In this document: positions 26,684 to 39,400 of the stretch, in pieces
Layout of the letters: each line of letters begins with the position of its first letter
How positions within the stretch are numbered: position 1 is the first letter of the stretch
Assembly (NCBI GenBank): GCA_004431415.1
Contig: QPMI01000658.1
Coordinates: 124,001-188,000, forward strand
Direction of reading: 5' to 3'
Source: Cyanophora paradoxa CCMP329
Lineage: Eukaryota > Plantae > Glaucophyta
DNA length: 64,000 nt
Program-made: the position numbers and the translations under genes
The notes under the pieces: model-generated
What the model was told of the DNA's origin: nothing
The model's database searches: none
Seen by the model: only the letters and a program-made list of their open reading frames with translations

Positions 26684-27420
26684 TAGTACTACGGTCGTAT
26701 CACTACTAGTAGTATGTGCCGCCGACAGTGCCGGCCCGGCGGGCACTGCCTTACAAGTTAGTGCCGGGCGGCACTGCCGGCCCGGCCCGGCGGCGGATCG
26801 ATCATCGCGCGGCGGCCGATTCATCGGCGATGCCGCACGCACTGCATGCACGCGTACGGCAGTGCCGCGTCATGTGCGGCATGCATACTATGATGTGTGC
26901 CTGCCCGGCCGCGCCCCGGCGGTCCACGCGGCGGAATCCGGGCGGCCCGGCGGATATCGAATCATATTATCGATGTGCATGCGCATGCGCATTGCGCATG
27001 CGCAATGCCACTGTGGCTGCGGTGTTCCCTCGGCCCGGCGGCGCCGGCGCGGCCGGCGGAATTCGAAGTTCAAAACTTGAAAGTTTCACGCACATACTCT
27101 GAGAGTCAGCCATGGCCAGTGCCACGGTGAGCCTTGACTCAAGCTTGGACTCCGGGTCCGAGTCCGGGAGCGAGCCGCGGCCCGCGGAGCGCCGCTCGAG
27201 CTCACTGAGTCAGCGGCTGTTCGCTTCAAGCTTAAGGCCTGCGCATGCGCATGCAACTTGATGCAAGCCTTTGAAGTTGCAGTGGTCAGCCGAAGATCCT
27301 CCAGCCCAAGCGCACTGCGGGCCTGCGGGCCAGCTCAGCGGCTGCAGGCCGCGGCATTGCATGCGCAGCGCTCAGCAGCTTATATTTATTCTTCGCGGGA
27401 ACATTTCAGATACTCATAAG

Positions 27421-30400
27421 ATGCCGCAAAGGAACCAGCGGCTGGCAATGTCAGCCTTGTTGCTGAAGTCCGTGCTCCTGCTGGTTGCGTTTGCGGCCGC
27501 AGCAGTCGCGGCTTCGACCATCCCTCCGAGCAACGTTGACACCCGCGAGACAAAGCACGCTCACCGCTATCACGGTTTCGATGGTTCGGGCGGTGCGCGC
27601 GCGGCACGCACTGATTGCATTTCATTAATATGTTCGCGGCTAACATTAATATTCCGCCCGTAGCGCCATCGGGCTCATTTGTCGGGCGGGCGAAGGGCGC
27701 GGCGCCGCAGCGGCTCCTCGGCTGGGACGCGAAGCGGACGAGAGACCACTCGACGGGCCACATCCACTGGCACACGGCGAAGGACTTCTCCGATGTCTCG
27801 GGCCGGCGCGTGCGCTACAACGTCAACGCAGTGCAGAAGGCGCCGGGTGGGCGGCCCCTAGGCCTGCTCAGCCGCGCATTCCGTTCGGTCGCCTAACTTT
27901 ATTCCCGAGGAAATTTAAACCAGTGGTGGACCTCAACGTCGAGCCTGCGGTCCTCGCCGTCGATTGCTCGGGGTCGCCTGACCGAGTCGACATTCTGCTG
28001 GAGGCAGGACGCAGCCTGGCCTTCGCCCCTGGAGCGTGCGTTCGGCGGATGCGCAGATAGGATCAAGTTGATAATTAGATTCAGGGCCTTTAAAAATGCG
28101 CATTCACGTAATTATGTACTTTGATTTCTTATAACATGCACACGGCCGCAGGATTGTGGTTGGGAGTGAGATCTGGTGCCCTCTTGACGTTTTCAAGCGA
28201 GATCTAGAAGCCCCCTCTGTTTAATTTGCGATCGCGATCGCTCACGCGCCCTGCAGGAAGTGCCCCGCACCAGCGTCGACGTCGCCAAGCGCCACGTCCC
28301 GCAGCGTCGAGTCGCTGGTGGCAGGCCTCATGGTCCGCGTGGTCGGCGTCGCTTATGAGGATTGCGAGCTGCAGCTGGCCATGGCCATGGCCGCCGGCGG
28401 TCGGCAGCAGCGGCTCCGCGGCACCTGCGCGCGGCTCACGGCCGAGCCGGCCTGCCTGGGCGACATCTTCGAGCACCTCGAGATGGACTACTACGAGCGG
28501 GAGAAGGACAAGGCGTGGGCCCCGCACGCGGCGCGCGGCGCGAAGCACCGCCCCGCTGGAGGCTCGCAATCGGATGATATCGATGGCAGCGACGCGCACC
28601 GACGCCTGAGGTCGCCTTTCTTTCAATGCATGTCGACTGCCTTTGTTGCTGCCGCCGGCTAATCTGTTCGCAATTGCAACCTCAGCACGCAGCTCGCATC
28701 GCTCGAGTCCCTGCAATCGCGGAACGACACGATCCTTGACTCCTTCGCGCGTCTGAGTAAGATCTCAACGGCCAGAAAACATGCGAGTTCGTGCACGTGA
28801 CCTGAGACAAGCACGCAGAGCAACGCACGACAAACGTGGCTCGGCCGGACTCCCCGCAAACTCGATCGAGAAATCTACTATTCTTCAAATCTCTCAAAAA
28901 ATGTTGGGCATTCGAACTCCGGTCCGCGCGCGGCCTCCTCGAGTTGAGTTCTGAGACTCGGAATTAAACGCAGTTGTAAAGGCGGTGGTGAGCGTCACCA
29001 AGACGGTTGCATCCGTCGCCGTCAAGAGCGTGGTCTCTGCAGTTGTGAGTCATGTGCATTTTATGCGCGACAGTCGCCGCTGACGAATTTCGTTCGAAAT
29101 CCGATCCCAGCGCGCCAGCACGACAGCCGTTAAATACGTTGTGAACAAAGCCAGCGAGGGCGTCAGGACAGCGGCCGATGCGGGAAAGAAGGTTGTCAGC
29201 TCGGGGGTAACTTACGCGAACAAGGGGCTCGACAAGGCACGCGCTTCCGCAACCACCTGCTGCAGCTGCCTACGTCCGATTCGCTAATTTCGCTCTGCGA
29301 CAGTTCGATCAAGTCACGGGAGGCCACCTCAAAGTTTTGACGGGCCCGGCGAGAGTGGTGGTCAATGGAGTGGGGTCGACCATCATCAACGGTCTGGACA
29401 CGGCAGTGAAGCTGTCAGACAAGGCCGCAAACGCAATCACTACCACTCTCACGGTGGTCGAGTGCGCGACAGGTGCTGCGAAATTTTTTTATCGAAATGC
29501 TGTCTCTGGATCGCGGCCTAGCGTGACGAAACGCACATGTACAGGCACGTGTGAGCTGCCGATCAAGGACACGCTACGGAGCGTCACGTTTAACTACGAC
29601 GAGCGCCGCCAAACGCAGTTGAATAAGGTGACGAGACTGCCGCTCGAGAACGCTTGGTCTGATGGCTGATCATGAGCCGCCCGCGCCCGCCTGCAGCTGC
29701 AGCCGATTGGCTTCCAGTACAATGTGGCAAAGTCCAAGGGCTCTCTAGCCGCTTCCGCCGCGGCGGAGATCATGTTCGATCCCGAGCAGCTGTACTATCA
29801 CGCCGGCGTCGGCGTCAAGATGAAGCTGGTTCTCAAGAACTACAAGATTCTGGATTTCACTTTCCACGGCCCGCCCGACGTCGACGCATCCCTCACAGTG
29901 AATCCCTCCGCGCTTATCTTGCGCGCGCAGTCTTTGCCGAGTCGAAAGCGCGCATAAGCGGATCGCTCGAAGTCAGCATTGAGATCGCCCTCGAGGCTAT
30001 GAAGGAGATCTACTCGAAGGAGTTCACCCCGAAGGCCATCGCCGTAGGTCTGCCCGTCGACGTCGACGTCGGCGTCGTCGGTCGTCGGCGCTGTGGAAAC
30101 GCCTATCTAAACTCTAGCCGCCTCGCAGGCCCCATCATCTTCACATTCCAACCCAGTGTGAGTCGCGCGAACAAGCTTAAGCGCACACCTCTTCCCAGTC
30201 GAATCGCAACTGATTCGGAGCCGGTCTGATCGTTTTCCTTTGCAGGTTGCGGTTCGTGACACACTGCAGCTGTGACATTCAAGCCGCCGTCGAGCACATC
30301 GAAATGACTGCTTACTCTGATCGCAGATAAATATGGGATTCTCCGGAGAAATCAGCTTCAGTCTGCAAGTGAGTCGGCAATCTCTTTTACAGATTCTGGC

Positions 30401-33400
30401 CGATCATAACACTGCTCTCCTTGCAATTGCAGTATGTGGTCGATGCCAGCTTCGAGGTACCCCCCTCTAGATTTCTGCGAGACAACTGTAGTGCGAGTAG
30501 ATCTAGATCGATGTGCGACTGCTCTGTTCCCTCAGATTGGAGTCCAGGCGGGCGCCAAGTACGCTAATGGCAGGCTTGGCCCTGACGTCAGCTGGTGCGC
30601 GCTCCTCAGTTACTCTTCACTCAAGATCCTCCGGATCCCGGCCCTGATATCGATGTCTTTCTTCGCAGGCTGGACAACAAAGCGCCCGTCGTCAAAGTAG
30701 CGAAGTCAGAGCTCTCCACTGAGCTGAGTGAGCGGCTTGCACACAATCTTTAGGCCGTTTGATCCGATATTCTTGGCGATCAGGCTTGGGGATCTTCTTT
30801 GTGTTCGAGCCGTCGATAGGGATCACGGCGGGCGCATACGGCGTGCAGGTCATCGGTGCGCGACAGCGGCCGCAGCTGTGCGGGCGCGCGGGGCCGCCGG
30901 GCCGATCGATCGAAGCGCTCACGAATTCGAACACTGTTCGAGCGCAGGCCTCTCAACTGGGGTGACCTTCCGGGCAGGATTCATCTGGACTCCGGTACTC
31001 GCTTTCATTTCCCTCTGGATCTATCCAGCTGCGCATTCGAATCTCTAGATCTAATACAGCATCTCCAGGTCAGTCCGGACTGCAAAGGAGCGAAGAACTT
31101 CCGCATATCTGCGTCGTGAGCACAGGCCTTTAATTTCGCATGCGATCTGAGAGCCCCTGATGGGACGCGCGCGCGCAGAGTTACTCCTTTCCTCGGAATG
31201 ACCCTCCAGGTCCCCCCCCCCCCCCCCCCCCCTCTCCTTATGTATATAATTACGGCTTCCCTTCCAGGTCACCACCATTGTCAAGAGGCCATCCACGGTG
31301 CTAGCCGTGACAAGGACCGGCTGCCGGAGCTTCGATGCGTCCTGGACGCTGGACGGCGTTGCTGCTGTCGGCGGGGTCAACCTCAGGAGCATTGTTGTGC
31401 AGGTCAGACCCCAGCTCCGCGTTCCGAAGCCATTCGGCCATTGATGCGTGATCTCTGCATGCGCATGCGCAGGTGACCGCCGATTACGCTGCGGAAGCAG
31501 TGCCGACAGGACGGTACCCGCTGAAGACCGCCTACCAGCAGACCACCTCGCTGAAACGGCAAACGACGTTCGTCACCGACGGCGTCACCACCGGGGGCCG
31601 CCACATCTCGACGAACGTGTCCGGGCTCTTCCCGCCGACGTTCAAAGCGGCGGGCGCCGTCTCGTACACGTTCCGCGTCTGGGGCTACGCGGCCGTTGGA
31701 TCCGGTCTCGTCTCGAACAGCGTCGCCATCCGTGACGCCGCGGAGCCGTGCGTCGCGGAGGTCGCAGAACTTCCGCATATCTGCGTCGTGAGCACAGGCC
31801 TTTAATTTCGCATGCGATCTGAGAGCCCCTGATGGGACGCGCGCGCGCAGAGTTACTCCTTTCCTCGGAATGACCCTCCAGGTCCCCCCCCCCCCCCCCC
31901 TCTCCTTATGTATATAATTACGGCTTCCCTTCCAGGTCACCACCATTGTCAAGAGGCCATCCACGGTGCTAGCCGTGACAAGGACCGGCTGCCGGAGCTT
32001 CGATGCGTCCTGGACGCTGGACGGCGTTGCTGCTGTCGGCGGGGTCAACCTCAGGAGCATTGTTGTGCAGGTCAGACCCCAGCTCCGCGTTCCGAAGCCA
32101 TTCGGCCATTGATGCGTGATCTCTGCATGCGCATGCGCAGGTGACCGCCGATTACGCTGCGGAAGCAGTGCCGACAGGACGGTACCCGCTGAAGACCGCC
32201 TACCAGCAGACCACCTCGCTGAAACGGCAAACGACGTTCGTCACCGACGGCGTCACCACCTGGGGCCGCCACATCTCGACGAACGTGTCCGGGCTCTTCC
32301 CGCCGACGTTCAAAGCGGCGGGCGCCGTCTCGTACACGTTCCGCGTCTGGGGCTACGCGGCCGTTGGATCCGGTCTCGTCTCGAACAGCGTCGCCATCCG
32401 TGACGCCGCGGAGCCGTGCGTCGCGGAGGTCGCGCCCACTGCGACACCCTCGCCGAAGCCGACCGCCGTCGGCAACCCGGCGCCGACGCCGACGTCGACG
32501 CCGAAGCCCGCGGGGCCGGTCCCTACGTATACGCCCAGCTGCAGTTTGACGCCCAGCCCTACGCCGAGTTCGACGCCCAGCCCTTCGGCCACCCCGTTGC
32601 CCGCCAATCACCTCTTCGTCACAAAGAATCCAAGCGTAACCGGTACCAAGCCATCGAAGCGGGATGGGCAGGTGCGTTAAACTCTCCAGAGCAAGTTTTC
32701 GAGTTCCGCTTGCAAGCAATCCACGTCACAGGGCGTTGGAGTTACGTACAATGGAGCCGAAAGCCTCTTTGTTGTGGTACATTTATCTTCTTAGGTTCCT
32801 CCAAAACATTCGATCCTCCAGGGAACATTCGATCCTCCAGGGAGGCGCCTGCTTGAAGGATTTTCCAAGTACGGATTATTCAACTCCAGAAGAAAGAGCT
32901 GCCGCAACCTGCTCCGGACAAGCTAGTGCATACTACCACAAACTGCGATTGGACGTCGGTAATTATAAGATAAGACGTGTTGAAGCGGTCGATTGCTGGC
33001 TTCGCTTATAAATACTGATATCGATAATTACATTTCTAATAATTACATTTCCTTCCCACAGTCCCTCCTGCGTGGGAGACGGTCAGCTTCCCCGCTGGTC
33101 TGGAGATCGAAGAAACGGTGAATATTCGCAAGCGCTAGCGCTGCGTCGTAGGGCGCGTTAGCGAGAATGGCCCCTGAATCGGTTGAAGAGGAGGTCAAGC
33201 GTAGTTTACGATGGCCAGCGATACATATACGCGCAAGGCGGTACGCGCTTGGCCGTGCTTCGAATTCGCTTAAGCTTTCACTGCCGATTAGCGTCGACGT
33301 ACTAAGTTCGTTCATGCTCAATGACAGGATACCATCCCGCGGACGGATCCCTCAAAAATTCTGTTCTACGTTTTGGTGCGCGAGCATTCGCAATCGCCGC

Positions 33401-36400
33401 AGGCTTAGGTCACGAACGTTGAATGGCTTTACCCCCAGATCTTCAAACCCTTGCCGGGACCGCGGTGTGGACCAGCGCATCTGACCGCAAGAGAAACGCG
33501 CAATGCGCAGTGCGTAATCTAATGCATCTGCTTTGTTACGAAGCCACCGCGGATGATGACGACTCGCGCGTTGTTGTAGGGCTACCATGACGGCAAGATA
33601 GCTTTCACGGGCGGTCACGGCGGATCATTCAGGAACGGTGAGGCATAGCTTGAGCGCTTATATATTAAGCTTGCAATTGCATCCGCTGGACGCCAACGAC
33701 TTCCGTTCGTTCCAGACCTGGCCCTGTTTGACACTACCGGCAACACGTGGTCGACGAAGTTTGCAGAGGCGGCCGACTCCGGTGCCATCGGAGAAGGGCG
33801 CATCTGCGCGATCCTCGGCGTTTGGCGGCGGGGACGCCAGCGTGTCCCTGACCGGAATGAGGTAGGTTCTAGATGCGAAGACCGACTCGCGTTTTCGCCG
33901 AATGGACCCAATTGAGAGACGGCTCAGATACGCCAACCTTTCGGGTTCCCCGACCGCTTGGACGAACCCCTACTCCGGCTCGCCGACTGTCCCGCCGTCC
34001 CGAATGTTTCCCTGGTTTGTTGTAAGATCCGAGCGACCATGCGGCTGTCGCCAATTTAATTTGATCATGGAGCTTAAGACTGGATCTAGAGAGATTATAT
34101 TAAAACGTTTCGAGCGCAGGCACTGGGTGATGACGGTGAACTCGTACCCGATGTGGGTGCGGCCGGCCGCTTGTTTGTATCTTAACTAGCTTTCGGCCCC
34201 CGTTCTGAATTGATCTCCGTTCACCTCATGATCAGGTCGTCGTCGGAGGGTTCGAAAAACAGTCGGGGCCGAAGTTCTACACTCGAACCGACGCTTGGGT
34301 ATATCCGCATTCAAATTTGAGCGTCTTCATTAATCGGTATCGTACACACTGACAAATGCGGCAGGTTTTCAGGCCCCGTGCGTTTATCTTTTCGTAACTG
34401 CTCCGGACATCGAAATTAAAGTACGTCGCGATTTAGAGCTTTAAAGCTCACTGTCCTTCAGATTGTATGAACGTCTGTGGTTCAAGCGGGTGGCAGAAGC
34501 TGAACGTCAGCGGCGCGTTCCCGATGACAGCAGGTTCGAATTCGTCTAGGACGGCTCGCGATCGCCAGTCATTACCACCTGTACGCGAGCTCATTCGTCT
34601 CCTTCCCGCTTTGCAGAGGGCGCAGGGGGGTATTTCCCTTCCCTCAAACGCGCCTATCTGTTTGGAGGACGGACTCGGACTGCCGGGGGCAATTATTATG
34701 CCTACGAACTCGTCAACGATCTCTACCAGATTGACGTCTCAGGTGCAATGCGTGATTCTAGATCTATAGTGTAGCGACGTGCGCGAAAGCGGTCTAACCT
34801 CGCGGCAGTCTCCTCCGACTGTCCCTGCTCCCGGCGCCGGCTCACGGAACAAGACGACTCTATGCATACGGAATCCTCCGCCAAGGCCGGCCGCGCGCTG
34901 CTGCAGGACGGCGGTTTGTTGAGCGCGTTAAAGAATTTATCGTCCTTGATGCTGGGCGCAGAGCCGGACCCGAGCTTCGTGACGACGGAGAACCCCGTCG
35001 ACATGCGGCTTGCGGCGGCCGCGAACGCGACCAGCGGGCCAGAGGACCCGACCGCGCTCCTCAGCGCCGACGCGGAGCGCTACGACACCAGGTGGACCAT
35101 GGACCGGCAGGCGACGCTCGCCGCGCTCGACCCGCAGGCCCGCAAGTCCTCGAAGCCCTGTCCGGTACTTTTAGCTTTGAATTCTTTGCAAATTCGAGCG
35201 CTGTACATGTCCGAGCGATCTCTCACGCAAAACGTTCATCAGCGATGCGCGAGGCGCAAATCATGGCGTTTGCCCAGCTGCGTCCTGCGGAGTCGGCACA
35301 GGGCGCGCGCTCGTACAACGGCGAAAACGGGACCACCGCAATCGTCATCGACCGAAGTGCGCGGGGGCGGTTTAAAAAAACTTTGGAGGCTTTGAGAACC
35401 GCCGGTCGCTGACAAGGATCGGACCTCAGGTGTCGGGAGCTGCCCGCCTGACCGCAAATTCGCGGGCGCGCTGGGAAGGACCAAGCTGCCCACGCTAGCG
35501 ACCTGCCTAGCTGGAGCTGCCCCCAACCAGCCGAGCGCGACCGCCGATTTCGACGTTGCGGTCTGCTCCATTGTCGTCCCCGTGGCAAACGCAGTGCAGG
35601 TGCCTCATCCTCAAGTTTACTCCCCGTTCGCGCTGCCGGACTGCTGATTCTCGTACAAACAGGTGTCGCTTCCAATTACGAAGTCGGGGCTCTACCGGTT
35701 CCGGGCGCACGACGAGACCGCCAACTCCCCGACGTCACTCGCCATCGATCTCCGCAGCGATGGGTCGTGCGCCCCAATCGCCTGCAGCAGGCCGTCCCGG
35801 GTGCGGTTTGTCGTTCGGGGATGCGTTTTTCGACGCAATTTAGCAAGCCTTTCCCTCAGGCGACGCGACCGAGCTCTGGGCGCTGCTGTACGAGAACAGC
35901 ACGGTGAACGTCAACGTCGCGGCCGTGGCCAGCGGCGCCGCCGGCGCCAACGCGAGCTGCCCGCCGTCGGACGCCGCCGTGCTCGACGTTTCGTTCGAGG
36001 TGCCCGACGACCTTTTCCTTTTGACTTTTCAAATTATCAACAGTTGAATAATAACAACCTAATATAAAGCCATGCATATCTTGACTTCACTTGGCTTTAC
36101 AATAGGCGCCCTACGACGAGCGCGTCTTCGTCGACGCGTCGCTCGCGGAGGAGGGGCTGGGCCCCGACGAGGCCCTGCGCGACCCCGACACCCTCGACCT
36201 GTACTTCGTCGACGTCAACGCCGCGCTCCGCTACGCCTACGGCAGGACCGGCGCTGCGGACGCGGGCCACCCGCTCCAGGTGCGAGCGAACGTAGCGACG
36301 CTCGAATTCGATTTCGCGCGCTGACGATCGCGACGCCGCCTCGTCGCGAGCAGATTGGCATCTTCTTGAAGCCGGGCATGTACTATCAGAGCGTCAACGC

Positions 36401-39400
36401 CTCGTGGGACCTTCCCGCTGTGTCCTTTGCCGCCGGTGCACGCATCTGGGTGCGCTCAGGATTGCCGCGCGCGGTCGCAGGAAAAGTATCCCTGGCGTCT
36501 AATTATATAATGCTTCCATCAGATACGATCCCTCAGCGGGCTTCGCCAGGGGACCAATTCCGCGTACGCGTGATCTCTCACGTCATGCTGCATGTTTGAA
36601 GTGGTTCTGATTTTCGCCATTTCGTTTGCAGGGAGGACACTATTCTGACGTGCGGCGGCATGGGCCACGCGATCTCCCTCTCGCACGCCTCGCCCTCGTC
36701 TCGTTCCTCGGCGTTAGCATCGCCAAGTGCGGCGCGGTGGAGAGCTCCACCCGAGTGGACGCGAGCCGCTCCGGCGCCGCGGTCTCCGTTGTCGGGCTCA
36801 AGGACATCGTGTTCAGGGTACTCGGCCTCTGCCATCTCCGAGCGCGAGCGCGGGCGGCTGATCCCGTTCGCAGAACATCATCTTTGCACGCAACGGCAAC
36901 CAGAACGCAAGCGCAGATGGCCGTGGTGGCGCTGTGGCGCTCTTCGCTGGAGCGTCGGCGGCCTTCGAGAACTGCATTTTCGTGCAGGTGCCGGCACCCG
37001 CGGCTAATAACAAACTATGATCTCCGCTCGTTTGCGCTGACAACGACGCAGAACGACGCGCGCCGAGGCGGCGGCGCCGTTGCCGTCCTCGACGGCAGCG
37101 AGGCACGGTTCGAGGGCTGCGTCTTCTCGAGCAACTCGGCCCCGATCGGCGGCGCCGTTCTGGTGTCCGGCGCCGCGCGGCGTCCTTCCTGCGGACGGGT
37201 TTCCAGGTGCGCAACGCGATCTTGCGGAGGGAGCTGGCCTGGGGCGATTCCGCGCGCGCGTGCCTCCGCAGAGGAACGCGGCGGTCCCTCCGCCGGAGAT
37301 GGAGGACGACACCATTTCCGCCTCGATCGCGATGACGAGCCCGCGGCGGTCGAGAAGTGGCTCGGCGGGGCCGTGGCAGTGCAATCCGCGACGGAGGCAG
37401 TGCGGTTCGACGTCGCAATCTTTGAGGGCAACGCCGCGCACTTCGGCACGGCCATCTCGGCCGCGAGCCGCGTCGTCGTCACGCGCTCTCAAGTGTCGGG
37501 CTCGAACGGAGGGGCCGTGTGGGTCCGGTCGACCGAGGCGCGCCTCGAGCTCACGGCATTCTCCGGGAACGAGAACGTCATGCCGCTGGCCGCCGGAGCC
37601 GTTGCCTGCAGCGGCGCGGGAGCTTCCCTCTCCGTCTTCGCTTCGACCTTCGACGACAACTGGGGGTGTACGGCGGCGCGGCTCGGGTCTTCGACGGGTG
37701 CCGCGCAAACACTTCGCTCTCCGCGTTCTCGCGTGCGCCCCGGCCCGCCGCTTCTGCTCGCCACAGCCCCTCCATTCCGAATCCCTTTTAATATCCGACC
37801 AGGCAACGTGGCGCTGGCGGGGTCCGGGGGCGCCGTGATGGTGGGTCAGGCGGCGGACCCAGGCTCTGCAGTGGCGTCGACCTGGGCATCCTTCGACCAG
37901 GTCGAGTTCCGCGAGAACGTCGCCGGGTTCCAGGACGAAGGGCAGGCGGCGGAATTCGAGGCCGACCCGACGCTCGGCTCCGGTGGCGCGCTAGCCCTCC
38001 TCGCCCCGCTCGACGGGGCCGTGCCCATCTCCGGCTGCCTCTTCGCAAAGAACCGCGCGGCGCTGGGCGGCGGCCTCTTCGCCAATGCGTCCGTGCGCAT
38101 CGACGGCGACACGATCTTCTTCTCGAACGAGGCGGGCTTCCCGTGGTTCGACGCGCACGCCCAGCGCGAGGTCCAGATCGGCGGCGGCGCGCTCCTCGCA
38201 TTCGCGGCCGCGCCGAACCACGTCGGGGGCGCGCTTTTCGCGCTGAACAAGGCACACGGCGCCTTCGGCGGAGGCCTCGCGATGCTCGGGGGGTCGCTGG
38301 AGATCCGCGGTCCGCGCTTCCTGTCGAACGCAGTGCTCGGGCCCGACAGCCAGGGCGGCGGTGCGCGCGCGCGCCCTCCGCGCCACCCTGCGCTGCCAAT
38401 TTCGCACTGAGAAGTGCTTTCGCGCTGCCCAGGTATTTTCGCGCAAAACACGATCTTCCTGGGCGACCCGAGGTTTGTCGCCGCAGGCAACTCAGCCGAG
38501 GGAACTGTGCGTGCTCCCCAAATTGAGACCAGACTCCGAACCCGTCCCAACCTCGAACTCGCGCAGTTCCAGAACGTGTACCTGCTCGGATCCGGAGGCA
38601 GCTCGGGCGCCGCGAACGGGACGGCCTCGGGCGCGGCGGGCGTCGTCAAGTCGTGCGCGTCCTGCTCGGCGTGCCAGGCCTGCGAGCCCGCCACCGGCCG
38701 CTGCAAATTCCCCGCGGACTTCGGTGCGACGCAAACCGCAAACCGCAACAAACCGCTGCTTATCAAATACCAATTAAAATGAAAATACGCAGAGGCGTGG
38801 TGCGAGGCGATCGGCGGGTGCAGCCCCGAGACGTGCCCGTTCGTCTCCGCCGGCACCGCGCGGTTCGACGAGACCGACGGGCTCCGCTCCATCCGCGTAG
38901 AGCTGGACGCTGGCCCGGGCGCCGGCGCCGGCGCCGGCGCCGCCTCTGCCAACGTCAACGGCTCATGCGCCTCCTTCTTCGTCCCGGACACCCTCCGCAT
39001 CCTCGGCGAAGGCGCTTATAACCTCTTTCTTATATTTTTACAGCGCACTATAACACATTCTATAGTTCTAATAAAAAAGCTGTTAAGAAAAAATACTATA
39101 CTACCGCTGAACGCTGACCGTCGACGTCGCGGACATGCGCAGGAGCGTCGTGCGCGCTGGGCTCGAGCTCGGGCGGCGCTCGCAATCGGCGGAAGGCGCT
39201 GCAGTCGACCGGCACCGGCGAGCTGATCGTGCGGCTGGGCGGCGCTTTCTCGGTCGAGCCCGGGGCCGTCCTCGGGCTCCAGCTGGACCTCCTCCCGCAG
39301 CGCTTCCGCTCCGTCTCCAACTCCGCCGTCGTCGAGATCGAGCAGGTGCGGCGACCCTATAATTACTTCAACGCGTGGCGCGCAAGCTGATCACGCGCCC

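Noticed and set aside
32845-33011. GON-domain-like YHKLRLDVGNYKI
   Set aside because: The reading frame is ambiguous after the 19-bp duplication and the segment may be intronic; similarity is too short.
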